Shown here: positions 30,304 to 40,867 of the stretch, in pieces
Layout of the letters: every line of letters begins with the position of its first letter
Numbering within the stretch: the stretch's first letter is position 1
Virus record (IMG/VR): IMGVR_UViG_3300022555_002641
Location: 1-64,000 of that record
Strand: one strand, 5' to 3'
DNA: 64,000 nt
From: a virus
Position numbers and translations under genes: made by a program
The notes under the pieces: model-generated
What the model was told of the DNA's origin: nothing
What the model saw: only the letters and a program-made list of their open reading frames with translations
Databases searched by the model: none

Positions 30304-30498
30304 ATGACACCCGAAACTAAAAACGATATTAAATGTAAATGTATTTTTTTTATCATCTGGATGATAATTGGAGCATTATTGTACAATTTTTTTATTATCG
30401 GTTTAGCACTTTGGCCCTTTGGATTATCTTTATTAATGATCCCACCAGATGAAGAAATTAACTCATCAGATGAATTGAAGGAACCAATAAAAAAATAA
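30304..30498 (+). CDS. Small membrane protein
   Basis: Long hydrophobic stretch; TAATTTTG box at 30253-30260. Confidence 0.55.
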   Translation: MTPETKNDIKCKCIFFIIWMIIGALLYNFFIIGLALWPFGLSLLMIPPDEEINSSDELKEPIKK

Positions 30499-30506
30499 AA
30501 AATATT

Positions 30507-31178
30507 ATGGTAATAGAAACCGAAGAAATCGTAAAAGTAACAGTAATTTTCGAAAAAACTGCAAGTCATAATGTTGATCCAGAAAAAGGATTTACTCCGC
30601 TTTGCCCAGATGAACTTCCAGTTAAAGAAGGGCATCTTATTGTGCCTGAGCTTTTGGGTCAGAACAAACTTGCCAAGCGCAGAACTGTATCCAAAGATAT
30701 TCATCCATTAAATGCTGAGTGGAAAGCAACACCTGAGCAGCCACAATTCTCGTCTGTCGTTGGCGAAAACTTGGACATCAGATGGAAAATGCATTGCCCA
30801 TCAGGACAAAAAGGTTCTGAATTGCTTGACGGTTTAAAAATGCTTGACTACGATTATTTTGTAGTTAAAGGGTTTGAACCTGATATGCACCCATACTCTT
30901 CTTGTTATCAGGACTTAGCCAAGAGAATTTCAACTGGGCTAATTGAATGGTATAAAGTCAATGAAATTACAACAGTTATCGTTGGGGGTTTAGCCCTGGA
31001 TTATTGTGTCGGTGAGACAGTTATCGATCTTGTAAACGCTGGGTTTCAGGTTATTCTTAACCTTGGAGCTTGCCGTGGAATCGGCACCCCTGAAGAAGTT
31101 GAAGCGTATGTCAATATGCTTATTGAAACGTATCATGTCATTGTCGTTAATTCATTCACTGAAATTGAATCGATATGA
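30507..31178 (+). CDS. pncA: Nicotinamidase (isochorismatase family)
   Basis: VDP..GF, KDIHP, W.MHC..G..GS, VVKG, GGLALDYCV. Confidence 0.85.
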   Translation: MVIETEEIVKVTVIFEKTASHNVDPEKGFTPLCPDELPVKEGHLIVPELLGQNKLAKRRTVSKDIHPLNAEWKATPEQPQFSSVVGENLDIRWKMHCPSGQKGSELLDGLKMLDYDYFVVKGFEPDMHPYSSCYQDLAKRISTGLIEWYKVNEITTVIVGGLALDYCVGETVIDLVNAGFQVILNLGACRGIGTPEEVEAYVNMLIETYHVIVVNSFTEIESI

Positions 31179-31459
31179 TAAAAACCTATGTTGGGTTTCA
31201 AAAACTTAAAAAATACTGCGAGTATTTAATCGAACAATACTCCATAATTAATACATCCTATCAAGATAGTGGGATGTATTGGCGATTGAAACAGTTTTCA
31301 ACAGAAGGTCGGGTAAAAGATTTAATATTTAAGAATACGAAAACATCAATTAAAATTTATTTTTTAAATGCTATGAAAAATGATATCTTAGCATTTGCTA
31401 AGTCACGAGATATACAATTAGCTCTGTTAAACTTCGAAGAATATGAAGAAAAAAAATAA
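31175..31459 (+). CDS. Hypothetical protein
   Basis: 94-aa ORF overlapping both neighbours. Confidence 0.55.
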   Translation: MIKTYVGFQKLKKYCEYLIEQYSIINTSYQDSGMYWRLKQFSTEGRVKDLIFKNTKTSIKIYFLNAMKNDILAFAKSRDIQLALLNFEEYEEKK

Positions 31460-32708
31460 AGGAGAATTTGATGCTTGGATTTCAAAACCAATCATCACAG
31501 ATTTTGATGATAATGATTGTTATAAATTTTTCATGCAATATGCCGTTTTCAAATTGTATCCAGAAGCAATGGCTGAGTATACGCTTATTTTAAGAGATGC
31601 TGTAAAGTTTCCTGATGGATTCGCAGATGAACTTGTTCGTCAAATTTCATATTTCGAAAACTTACGATTTACTCCAGCGATAGAAGTCAATTTTAAAAGA
31701 AGACTTCCATATTTTGATAATACCTATTATCAATGGTTACGTGGATATCAATATGATTCATCTGAAGTTACAGTTAAACAAGTTGGAACTGATCTTCATG
31801 TAACAGTAAGGGGTTACTGGGTAAGAACCATTTTATGGGAAGTTCCTTTAATGGCTACCATATCTGAATTGTATTTCAAATTTAATCAGGTACCAGATTT
31901 CATTGAAATTAATATTCCCCGCTGGGAAGAAAAATATCGTATCTTTGCTACAAAGAAAATTCGTGTATCAGAATTCGGTACCAGAAGAAGGAAATCAAAA
32001 GCCGTTCAGGAAGAAGCAATCAGGACATTTATCAGGATCGCACCTGAAGTTCTTGTAGGTACAAGCAATGTAATGTTTTCTCGTTTATTTAATATTCCAG
32101 CACACGGCACACAGGCGCACGAGTGGTATATGTTTCATGCTGTGAAGTATGGTGTTCAAATGGCTAATCGTATGGGGCTTGGACGCTGGGTTGATGTTTA
32201 TCATGGAGCCTTGGGTACTGCGCTATCAGATACATTTACTACCGATGTGTTTTTACGAGATTTTGATTTATTCTTTGCAAAGCTATTTGATGGACCACGC
32301 CAAGATTCTGGAAATCCTGTTACATTTGCAGAAAAAATGATCAAACATTATCGTGATATGAACATCACAATTCCTATTACTTTTTCTCATGGTAAAACTG
32401 CATTTATACCAAAAACTATTGTTTTTTCCGACTCAATTGATAGCCATGAAAAAATAGATAACATTGAAGAAGCTGTATTTGAAAAAATATTATCTGCTTA
32501 TGGTATTGGGGTTTGGATTTCTTTTGATATTGTCGATTTGGCAGGGGTTAAAATTAAGCACATAAACATGGTAATTAAAATGACCTCAGCCAAACCAGAT
32601 GATAAAATGCCTTGGGGTGACTGTGTCAAATTGTCAGACTCCGCTGGAAAACATACAGGCAATCAAAAAACAGTTGAATTATATAAAACCCAACTTGGTA
32701 TTGAATAA
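31443..32708 (+). CDS. pncB: Nicotinate phosphoribosyltransferase
   Basis: DNDCYKF.MQ, EFGTRRR, GTSNV, GTQAHEW, LSDTF, RQDSG, FSDS, KLSD..GK. Confidence 0.9.
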   Translation: MKKKNKGEFDAWISKPIITDFDDNDCYKFFMQYAVFKLYPEAMAEYTLILRDAVKFPDGFADELVRQISYFENLRFTPAIEVNFKRRLPYFDNTYYQWLRGYQYDSSEVTVKQVGTDLHVTVRGYWVRTILWEVPLMATISELYFKFNQVPDFIEINIPRWEEKYRIFATKKIRVSEFGTRRRKSKAVQEEAIRTFIRIAPEVLVGTSNVMFSRLFNIPAHGTQAHEWYMFHAVKYGVQMANRMGLGRWVDVYHGALGTALSDTFTTDVFLRDFDLFFAKLFDGPRQDSGNPVTFAEKMIKHYRDMNITIPITFSHGKTAFIPKTIVFSDSIDSHEKIDNIEEAVFEKILSAYGIGVWISFDIVDLAGVKIKHINMVIKMTSAKPDDKMPWGDCVKLSDSAGKHTGNQKTVELYKTQLGIE

Positions 32709-32950
32709 TGTGGCTCGATTTTGAAAGATTTAAAACTGCTGGAATAAAAAATATTTCTCTTAGCTATCTTAATTCAAAAGAAAATAACATTACTATTGAT
32801 TTTTTGGATGATACTCCTCAATTTTCAATTAATCTTCCAGCTAAAGACGATTACTGGGATTTTACAGAAAAATACATATTCGAAAGAATGAAAAAACTTA
32901 AAGCTGAAGAACGAAAAAATAAATTAAACCAAATATATAATTTACACTAA
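32708..32950 (+). CDS. Small hypothetical protein with C-terminal RxxKLxxI tag
   Basis: Ends EERKNKLNQIYNLH. Confidence 0.6.
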   Translation: MWLDFERFKTAGIKNISLSYLNSKENNITIDFLDDTPQFSINLPAKDDYWDFTEKYIFERMKKLKAEERKNKLNQIYNLH

Positions 32951-32957
32951 AATAATT

Positions 32958-33251
32958 ATGTCAAACACAGATGAAGAAATAAAAACATTAGCTGACATTC
33001 TTGCCGAAAATGGCATTGAATCTGAAGAAACATGGCGGCTCATTTTATGGAATGATAGTGTTAATTCATTTGAACATGTTATTGTATGTTTAGTTATTGT
33101 ATTAAAGTTTACCCCGCAGCAAGCTGAGCAATCCGCTTGGACTGTACATCTTCAAGGTAAAGACGTTATTAAAAGTGGTTCAAAAGAATCTCTTGAACCA
33201 TATAAAAAACTTCTCGAAGAGATGGAGCTTACGCTTACCATTGAACAGTAA
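32958..33251 (+). CDS. clpS: ClpS N-degron adaptor
   Basis: LILWNDSVNSFEHVI..L..QQAEQ.A..VHLQGK..GS. Confidence 0.85.
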   Translation: MSNTDEEIKTLADILAENGIESEETWRLILWNDSVNSFEHVIVCLVIVLKFTPQQAEQSAWTVHLQGKDVIKSGSKESLEPYKKLLEEMELTLTIEQ

Positions 33252-33277
33252 TTGTTCAAAAAAAATAATTAAATATT

Positions 33278-33520
33278 ATGATAGCATTTATTGCTAAATA
33301 TATGTTGTATATTTATACTACGTATATCCAAGAAGATTTTGACATTTATAAAAAATGGGCATTACCTTTTATATATGCTGTATGGTTTATTCGTGGCATA
33401 TATATTTGGATTGGTTCCATAATATTTTTTCCGCTTTTTTACTTGGGTATGATTTTTGATAACAGTAATATGAAAAAAATGATCGAAGAGTACGCATCAT
33501 ATTTTTCAGAAATGTTGTAA
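33278..33520 (+). CDS. Small membrane protein
   Basis: Hydrophobic 80-aa ORF. Confidence 0.55.
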   Translation: MIAFIAKYMLYIYTTYIQEDFDIYKKWALPFIYAVWFIRGIYIWIGSIIFFPLFYLGMIFDNSNMKKMIEEYASYFSEML

Positions 33521-33537
33521 AAAAGATTATTTTTTTG

Positions 33538-33545
33538 TACATTTG
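33538..33545 (+). promoter_or_regulatory. Bacteroidota -7 box TACATTTG
   Basis: Upstream of clpC. Confidence 0.55.
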
Positions 33546-33594
33546 CTAATATAATAAAGAATATATAAAAACTCAAACAAAAACTAACTAAAAA

Positions 33595-36147
33595 ATGAAA
33601 CATTCAAAAGATTTCGAAAAAGTTATTGCTGATAGCAAAAATATCGCTATCAATTACAAATCATCGACAATTAAGCCAGAGCATCTTTTTTTGGCTATGA
33701 TTGAAAATACTGGAAGCAAGGCTCACAATATTCTTTATGATACGCAAGTTAATATTGATGCAGTTAAGGATACTGTTATCAATGTATTGAAAGCATCGCA
33801 AGAATCAACATTCACATCTAAATCCAAAATTTCATTGGATGATAAAAGCAGTAAAATTCTCATAGATAGTGAAAAAATTGCTAAAGAGCTGAAAGATGAA
33901 GAAGTTGACACCCAGCATATCTTATATGCATTATTAGATAAGGAACCTAACCCGCCATTTTCAAATCTTATTCATGAATTATTCAGTAAAGTTCCACCAA
34001 TTTATATGGTGATCAAAGCCAAAATAAAAGGTGAATTTGATGATAGCTCAGCAGCTTATGGTGAAGATGATCATGATCCAGACAGTGAATTCGAAGAAAA
34101 ACCAGATAGAAGCAATTCTAAGAAAACCACAAAAATGATTGACTTGTATGGTACAGATTTAACCAAACTTGCCAAGGAAGGTAAATTAGACCCAGTCATT
34201 GGTCGCAAGCCTGAAATAAAAAGAATTTCTCAGGTTCTTGCTCGTAGGAAAAAGAATAACGCATGTCTGGTTGGCGAACCTGGGGTTGGCAAAAGTGCCA
34301 TTGTAGAAGGATTAGCCCAGCTTATTCTTGATGGAGCGGTTGCCGAAACATTGAAAAATAAGCGGATTGTAACCCTTGATATGGGTGCGCTTGTTGCTGG
34401 AACAAAATATCGTGGAGAATTCGAACAGCGTCTCAGGGGGATCATTAAAGAAATGGAAGAAAATAAAAATATCATTCTTTTCATCGATGAAATCCACACT
34501 ATTATTGGTGCTGGTAGTGCTCAGGGGTCACTTGATGCATCCAATATGTTGAAACCAGCGTTATCACGTGGAAGTTTCCATTGTATTGGTGCAACAACGC
34601 TTGATGAGTATCGTAAGTATATTGAGAAAGACGGAGCGTTGGAAAGACGTTTTCAGAAAATTCTTGTAGAACCTACAACCAAATCTGAAACTGTGGATAT
34701 TTTGAATAATATCAAAAACAGATATGAAGATCATCACCTTGTTACTTATACAGATGAAGCTATTTTAGCTTGTGTGGATTTAACAGATAAATATATGTCT
34801 GATAAAATGATGCCAGATAAAGCTATTGACGCATTAGATGAGTCTGGTGCAAAAGTTCATGTTAACAGGACTGTTAGAACACCAAAGAAAATTGAAGTTA
34901 TTGAGAAGAAAGCTAAAGAGGCTGAAACACAGAAACTGCTCTGTGTGAAAACTCAAAGATTCGAGGATGCTGCTGGTTATCGTGATCAGGAGCGTAATCT
35001 TCTTGATGAACTTGAAAAAGAAAAAGAAGTTTGGAAAAAAGAGCAAAATAACAACCGTGATCTTGTCACGAAAGATGATGTTGCTGAAGTTGTTGCGCTT
35101 ATGACAAAAATCCCAGTTGATAACGTATCTTCTGATGAAAATACAAAGCTCAAAAATATGGCTGTCAAAGTCAAGAGTGTTGTTATTGGACAGGATGATG
35201 CAGTTGACAAAGTTGTTCGTGCAGTTAAACGTGCCAGAATGGGTATTAAAGACCCGAAAAAACCAGTTGGTAACTTCATGTTTTTGGGACCGACTGGTGT
35301 TGGAAAAACATACTTAGCCAAAATCATGGCGAAAGAATTGTTCGGTTCAGAAGATGCGCTTGTTCGTATTGATATGACAGAATACATGGAAAAACACGAA
35401 GTTTCTCGTTTGATTGGATCACCTCCAGGATACGTTGGTCACGAAGATGGTGGACAATTAACAGAAGCCATCAGGCGCAGACCGTATTCGATTATCCTTT
35501 TCGATGAAATTGAAAAAGCACACCCAGATGTATTCAACATTTTACTTCAAATGCTTGATGATGGTGTTCTTACGGATAACATCGGTCGCAGGGTAGATTT
35601 CCGCAATACTATCATAATCATGACATCGAATGTCGGTTCAAGAAAAGTTAAGGAATTTGGAATGGGAATTGGATTTTCAGTTGCCGATCCAGACAATATC
35701 ATTAACAAACAGGCTATCGTTCAGAAAGAATTGAAAAAAATGTTTAGCCCAGAATTCTTGAATCGTGTTGATGAAGTTATTATGTTCAATTCCTTAGGTA
35801 AAGAAGAGGTTATCAAGATTGTTGATGTTGAACTTAAGACCACAATTCAACGTCTGAAGGATATTGGATATGACATAAGTGTTCCGCAATCCATGAAAGA
35901 CTTCTTGTTCGAAAAAGGCTGGGATAAGGAAATGGGCGCAAGACCACTTAAAAGAGCCATTCAAAAGTGGGTTGAAGATACTTTGGTTGATGCTATCATC
36001 AATGAGGAAATCAAATCTGGTGATCGCATATCAATGCGGTACGATAAGAATAAATCTACAGTTGTTCTTGTTAAATTAAACAAGGATGACGGTGAATTGG
36101 ATATGGAAGCTACGGTTGATTTAATTCCAGCGGCACCAGCAAATTAA
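33595..36147 (+). CDS. clpC: ClpC-type ATP-dependent Clp protease ATP-binding subunit
   Basis: Clp N-domains; GEPGVGKS and GPTGVGKT Walker A motifs; UVR-like middle domain; IGF ClpP-docking loop; GARPL. Confidence 0.92.
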   Translation: MKHSKDFEKVIADSKNIAINYKSSTIKPEHLFLAMIENTGSKAHNILYDTQVNIDAVKDTVINVLKASQESTFTSKSKISLDDKSSKILIDSEKIAKELKDEEVDTQHILYALLDKEPNPPFSNLIHELFSKVPPIYMVIKAKIKGEFDDSSAAYGEDDHDPDSEFEEKPDRSNSKKTTKMIDLYGTDLTKLAKEGKLDPVIGRKPEIKRISQVLARRKKNNACLVGEPGVGKSAIVEGLAQLILDGAVAETLKNKRIVTLDMGALVAGTKYRGEFEQRLRGIIKEMEENKNIILFIDEIHTIIGAGSAQGSLDASNMLKPALSRGSFHCIGATTLDEYRKYIEKDGALERRFQKILVEPTTKSETVDILNNIKNRYEDHHLVTYTDEAILACVDLTDKYMSDKMMPDKAIDALDESGAKVHVNRTVRTPKKIEVIEKKAKEAETQKLLCVKTQRFEDAAGYRDQERNLLDELEKEKEVWKKEQNNNRDLVTKDDVAEVVALMTKIPVDNVSSDENTKLKNMAVKVKSVVIGQDDAVDKVVRAVKRARMGIKDPKKPVGNFMFLGPTGVGKTYLAKIMAKELFGSEDALVRIDMTEYMEKHEVSRLIGSPPGYVGHEDGGQLTEAIRRRPYSIILFDEIEKAHPDVFNILLQMLDDGVLTDNIGRRVDFRNTIIIMTSNVGSRKVKEFGMGIGFSVADPDNIINKQAIVQKELKKMFSPEFLNRVDEVIMFNSLGKEEVIKIVDVELKTTIQRLKDIGYDISVPQSMKDFLFEKGWDKEMGARPLKRAIQKWVEDTLVDAIINEEIKSGDRISMRYDKNKSTVVLVKLNKDDGELDMEATVDLIPAAPAN

Positions 36148-36158
36148 TTTACCGATAG

Positions 36159-36197
36159 AAAAAATGGGGGAAATTTATTTCCCCCATTTTTTTTTTT
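36159..36197. terminator. Bidirectional intrinsic terminator
   Basis: AAAAAATGGGGGAAAT-TT-ATTTCCCCCATTTTTTTTTTT between convergent genes. Confidence 0.85.
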
Positions 36198-36867
36198 AAT
36201 CATTATCAATTGAATAATTATTTTGTGGTCTTTCTGTTGGTAGAATATCATTTGAATGATCCCAAGTTTCAGTGTCAAAGATATTTTCGGGTTTTTGTGG
36301 GAAATCTGGTGAACCATCTTGATCGCTAAGTTTCCAATTAACATCAATAAAATTAAATTTAATTGTTAACGAAAACGTGCTTTCTGACACATCCTGTGAC
36401 TGATACATTAAACGTACTTCGGATAATGATTTAAGTAAAACTGACCTTAAGATAACCGTATATAAAATATCACCATCCTTATCAAGTAAGTCGAGGTTCA
36501 ACCAAGGAATATAATGCTTTCTGGTATTATTAAAGTACTCAGCAAGTATTTGCTGTAACATAAAATAGTTAGTGTGTGAATCCACACTCCTAAGCGTTAT
36601 ATCCAATGAACTATTATAGGTATCATGAATATTTTGCGATGACTTCCATTCAATCTTTTTTCCGAACCTCAAAGTTTGTTCTGATCCTTCATAAGTAACA
36701 GAAGGAAATACTATTTCTTTGATTGTTGAATTAATATAATCAATTGGATTTTCATATGGTATCCAATTTTTTTCCATATATCTTTTTAGCTTATTATTTA
36801 CTTCATCAGAAACAAAATCAGTTGGAAAATTAAATCTAAATTGATTATTTTGCGAACTTAATCTCAT
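36196..36867 (-). CDS. Putative tail tube / tail completion-like protein
   Basis: Pattern IKEIVFPSVT..LDITL..LDLLDKDG....TV.L..SLSEV.L.Y..TFSLT.KF resembles the T4 gp19/gp3 tube fold (inference). Confidence 0.5.
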   Translation of the reverse strand: MRLSSQNNQFRFNFPTDFVSDEVNNKLKRYMEKNWIPYENPIDYINSTIKEIVFPSVTYEGSEQTLRFGKKIEWKSSQNIHDTYNSSLDITLRSVDSHTNYFMLQQILAEYFNNTRKHYIPWLNLDLLDKDGDILYTVILRSVLLKSLSEVRLMYQSQDVSESTFSLTIKFNFIDVNWKLSDQDGSPDFPQKPENIFDTETWDHSNDILPTERPQNNYSIDND

Positions 36868-36882
36868 GCTATTGGATTATTT

Positions 36883-37215
36883 TTATGCACCAATCCCACC
36901 ATTATTTAATTTTGTTGGATCAACAGGTGGATTTACTTTAGTATTTCCTGATTGATTTGGCGATACAGTAATATTATTCAATTGTTGTGGTGTTTGCTGC
37001 CCAGTATATCTCTTCAATGGTAAAGTATTCATGATTTGAATATATGGGCTTTTTAAAAGTTCATTATAAAAACTATCCGAAATATCACTTGCAATGATTA
37101 CATCATCTTTACTATAAACAACAATTCCTTGATGCTGATTAATCAAAGCTTCTACTTCATGACGATACGTTAATATTATTTCTTGTTTTATTGGTGGTTG
37201 AGCTGTGTTTGCCAT
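36883..37215 (-). CDS. Hypothetical protein
   Basis: 110-aa ORF in the late operon. Confidence 0.6.
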   Translation of the reverse strand: MANTAQPPIKQEIILTYRHEVEALINQHQGIVVYSKDDVIIASDISDSFYNELLKSPYIQIMNTLPLKRYTGQQTPQQLNNITVSPNQSGNTKVNPPVDPTKLNNGGIGA

Positions 37216-37230
37216 ATTGAATATTTTTTT

Positions 37231-39045
37231 TTATGCTGATGATGTATTTGATGTAGTATTTGATACTATCGTTGAATTTTTATATTTAACATAGATTATA
37301 ACAGTTTTACCAGTCGATGGATTCCAAGTTTGCGGATTTATATTTTCTGTTACTGGTGTTGTGTTTGGTTCTTTTAAACTTTGATCTGGAATATTTACAT
37401 TATCATCCAAAAATTTAATATCTTCAAAAAATGAATATGTGCCAGAGTACAGCAAAGTTTTAATATTATTTGATGATAATGTTAAATAAAAATTTGTATA
37501 ACCTTTATCATATATTTTTTTCAAAACACTTAGATCATTCTCATTTATTTTGTAGTTAATAATACCATGCTCATAATCATTCGTTGATTCTTGATAGATA
37601 GATTTTTCTATAGATTCACTATCAGATTTAAAAATTAATAGCAAGTCTGAATTTTGCAGAATTGCAGACAGATTATAAATTTCTAATTGATTACTTGTAG
37701 ATAATGTACCAATCCTGAATTGAAGTATATTATCAAATGGCGTAATCACAACATTCAATAATCCCATGCCCCTGTACCCATTTACAGATTTTGGACTATT
37801 CACAACAACTTTACCAACTTCAATTAATTGTGGATATTTAACTTTAACAATTTCAGTTCGAATATTATTTGTTGCATCATTTTTTAAAATAATTTGCTCT
37901 GGTTTGGCATTATAAATTTTCAGCTTGTTAATATTTGAAATATTTAAGCTTACCAACTTTTTACCATACTTTTGAATATGGGTGGTTATACCATAAGTTG
38001 CATATCTGGAAATCGTACTCATATCTATAAGATCAATTACCCTCATTTCGACCTTTATAGCCGCTGTGGTGTTCGCAAATGTAATAATGGGTCGATAGTA
38101 TATCTTCTTGGTGAAGTCATCTGTAGGGCCCCCCGTTACAACGATAGTCTGTTTATTAGTCTGGATATTTTCTTCATATAGATAAATATCATATTCTATT
38201 CTAATTCGTCTACCTTTTGTCTCAACTTCATTAACAAATGTTTGTAAGTTTTCGTTACTTTCCCCGTAGGTTCCATATATTTCAAAAAAATCACCATCCG
38301 TAGCTTCAACAATTTGAACTGCAAGTGTATCATATTCTGGAGCCTTAGCAAAAGACGTTTTATTAGACTCTGTATTATAATAGTAAGTGGTACCAAGAAC
38401 AGTTTCCTTGTTCATTATAAATTGGAAATCAACAAAGATCGGTGATGTTTGACTTAAACCTTCATTTAAAGTCAAATTAGCATTTAAACTATTTGGTATA
38501 GTAACGTTGGTAACATTACTCATAATTCTTTGGTTTGAAATAAAGTTGATGGATGGTATTTGGAATTCAAAATATTTGCCCCATTCTTGTTCATCATAAA
38601 TAAATGGAATTGCAAGATTTAGTAAACTTGTAGGATTTGAATCATCGTAAAAAATATTTGATAAATCATATATTGTATTGTTTCCATACCCATATGTAAA
38701 CACTTTCAAATAGAATCCAATATAATTATTAAATTGGAAATCATAGCTCGTTGGTAAGTATATTCTAACCTTATCATAAGGAATCGGAGGAGTGCTATAA
38801 TCTTGTTCTTGCAGAAAATTAAATTTCTTTGGATTAACTACGGCATATTTTTTAAGAACTGGATCAATCTGAAATAAATTATCAGCCATTACATTTAATC
38901 CTGTAGTTGAAAGAAAACTTCGTTTTTTGTTTTCACCAAGGTTTGTTATGACCTGATAATTTTCAGTTATATTGTTCTCATTATCAAAAGTCCATTGCAG
39001 TAAAACACTTGGATGAACTTTTATATATTTTGATATTTGAGCCAT
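37231..39045 (-). CDS. Putative structural protein
   Basis: 604-aa ORF after a TTAATATATA motif. Confidence 0.6.
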   Translation of the reverse strand: MAQISKYIKVHPSVLLQWTFDNENNITENYQVITNLGENKKRSFLSTTGLNVMADNLFQIDPVLKKYAVVNPKKFNFLQEQDYSTPPIPYDKVRIYLPTSYDFQFNNYIGFYLKVFTYGYGNNTIYDLSNIFYDDSNPTSLLNLAIPFIYDEQEWGKYFEFQIPSINFISNQRIMSNVTNVTIPNSLNANLTLNEGLSQTSPIFVDFQFIMNKETVLGTTYYYNTESNKTSFAKAPEYDTLAVQIVEATDGDFFEIYGTYGESNENLQTFVNEVETKGRRIRIEYDIYLYEENIQTNKQTIVVTGGPTDDFTKKIYYRPIITFANTTAAIKVEMRVIDLIDMSTISRYATYGITTHIQKYGKKLVSLNISNINKLKIYNAKPEQIILKNDATNNIRTEIVKVKYPQLIEVGKVVVNSPKSVNGYRGMGLLNVVITPFDNILQFRIGTLSTSNQLEIYNLSAILQNSDLLLIFKSDSESIEKSIYQESTNDYEHGIINYKINENDLSVLKKIYDKGYTNFYLTLSSNNIKTLLYSGTYSFFEDIKFLDDNVNIPDQSLKEPNTTPVTENINPQTWNPSTGKTVIIYVKYKNSTIVSNTTSNTSSA

Positions 39046-39129
39046 GTAAACGTCTTTTTCTTTATATATATTAAAAGTTAAACTTTAAAAGAAAAAAAAG
39101 ATAAAATACTAAAAAAGAATCCAATAATT

Positions 39130-39813
39130 ATGGCTTCATCCACCGCAACTGGAGATTTCGATTTGTTCGGAATTTATAATACAACCACGATACCAACAAC
39201 CACCACAGTCCCAATTCCAACGTCATCAATACCAGCAGTAACTATAGTTTCACCAAATTATTTAATGCTTACTGGTAGCACAGGATTATATTCTATAGGA
39301 ACTGCAATTAATAATGTAGCCATAAATGGTATTTTTAGCCCGTCAACCACATATAGTACAAATTATATTTTTGGAACTGATCCATACGAGAATGAACTTA
39401 AAAATCTGACCTATGGAATAATGGTGGATGAACGATATTATGCTGAATTGGCAGATAATATTAAGGCAATAAAGAATAATAAAATGATATTCTGTTGTAA
39501 TATTATAAATAATAGAATAGTGCCATACGAATTAATAATGAGACTAATTGCGGATAAAGAAAAATTTGCAATGAAAATTTCAGTGACTAATCCAGTTGAT
39601 GGGTATCCTTTGTTTAATATCAATTATACTAATTTCAGATTTACTAAAATAGTAAATAATCTAAAATTTTCTAATAAATGTGATTTTACAGAATTGATTG
39701 TTAAATTCAAATATGATAAAGTAACTTGCGAAAATAGAAGATTAACTTTAAAACAAAAAAGAACAGATAAATTAAATAAAATATTCAAAGATGAATCCAC
39801 AGATTTCAGTTAA
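39130..39813 (+). CDS. Hypothetical protein, Thr-rich N-terminus, C-terminal RxxKLxxI tag
   Basis: Ends KQKRTDKLNKIFKDESTDFS. Confidence 0.65.
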   Translation: MASSTATGDFDLFGIYNTTTIPTTTTVPIPTSSIPAVTIVSPNYLMLTGSTGLYSIGTAINNVAINGIFSPSTTYSTNYIFGTDPYENELKNLTYGIMVDERYYAELADNIKAIKNNKMIFCCNIINNRIVPYELIMRLIADKEKFAMKISVTNPVDGYPLFNINYTNFRFTKIVNNLKFSNKCDFTELIVKFKYDKVTCENRRLTLKQKRTDKLNKIFKDESTDFS

Positions 39814-40054
39814 ATCAAGATATAGTCTGGCGAATATAAATCCGTCTTTCTATAGTACATTACCATTGAATAGTGGCACATCCATTGGCACTAAAGGAGG
39901 CGGAATTGGTCAAGGATATGTTTTCGTCCCTTATATTTTAGTTAATTCAAGTTCTGTTATTGTTGACGGTAAAAATTCCGAAATGCTAAGAAGAATTCGA
40001 ATAACGGCACTTAGAAAAGAAAGAAAAGAAAAAATAAACAAATTAAAATGGTAA
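39791..40054 (+). CDS. Small hypothetical protein with GYVFVPYI and C-terminal tag
   Basis: Ends RKERKEKINKLKW. Confidence 0.6.
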   Translation: MNPQISVKSRYSLANINPSFYSTLPLNSGTSIGTKGGGIGQGYVFVPYILVNSSSVIVDGKNSEMLRRIRITALRKERKEKINKLKW

Positions 40055-40106
40055 TAAATGGGATGGGTAAATGTGGCTCGTAATTATTTATAGAAATAAA
40101 AAACTT

Positions 40107-40865
40107 ATGATAACTACATTTATTTATGCGCTAAAAGACCCAACAGATAACAAAGTAAGATATATTGGTAAAGCTAATGATCCACACAAAAGATATGGTG
40201 ACCATCTCAATAGTGGTCGAGATAAAAATACTCATAAAAGAAATTGGATAAATAAGCTTAAAAAAGAAAATTTACGACCAATATTAGAAATATTGATAGA
40301 AGTTCCAATTGAAGATTGGAAAAAATATGAAAAAGAGTATATTCGAAAATATATTAAAGATGGATGTGATTTGGTGAATTATACAGAAGGTGGAGAAGGT
40401 TTAAGTTTTGGTAATCTCACATCATTTAAATCTGGACACGGTTCCAAAAAGATTGTAATGCTAAGTAGAAATGGAAATTATATAAAAACTTTTAATTCAA
40501 TATCTGAAGCTTCTACTAAAATCAATAAAAGTGGGTCTTTAATAAATAAAGTATTAGCAAAAAGAAAGAAAACCTGTAATAATTGTATTTTTATATATGA
40601 AAAAGATTACTTAAAAATGACAGATATTGATATTAAAAATATTGTAGAACTGGCAAAGCCTAAACCACCATCTTCAAATATCGGATCGTATAAAGAACGT
40701 GAAATATTTCAATATGATTTAAATAAAAATTTTATTCGAAAATGGAAATCTTTATCTGAAGCGTCAAAAAATCTAAATATTTATACAGAAGGTATATGCC
40801 TATGCGCAAAAATGAAATATAAGAGTGCTGGTGGATTCTTCTGGTCTTACAAAAAAATAGAATAA
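40107..40865 (+). CDS. Free-standing GIY-YIG homing endonuclease with NUMOD1-like DNA-binding repeats
   Basis: FIYALKDP..VRYIGKA..R...H; EKEYI; LVN; two F.SI.EA / WKSLSEA..AGGFFWSY modules. Confidence 0.85.
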   Translation: MITTFIYALKDPTDNKVRYIGKANDPHKRYGDHLNSGRDKNTHKRNWINKLKKENLRPILEILIEVPIEDWKKYEKEYIRKYIKDGCDLVNYTEGGEGLSFGNLTSFKSGHGSKKIVMLSRNGNYIKTFNSISEASTKINKSGSLINKVLAKRKKTCNNCIFIYEKDYLKMTDIDIKNIVELAKPKPPSSNIGSYKEREIFQYDLNKNFIRKWKSLSEASKNLNIYTEGICLCAKMKYKSAGGFFWSYKKIE

Positions 40866-40867
40866 AA

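Noticed and set aside
34230-35387. Antisense ORFs within clpC (and similar ones inside sbcCD, S1, nusG, fcl, tnpB)
   Set aside because: Fully nested opposite well-conserved genes, with no recognisable motifs
40107-40865. Group I intron around the GIY-YIG gene
   Set aside because: Flanking ORFs are complete and abut the gene; no room or sequence for an intron core
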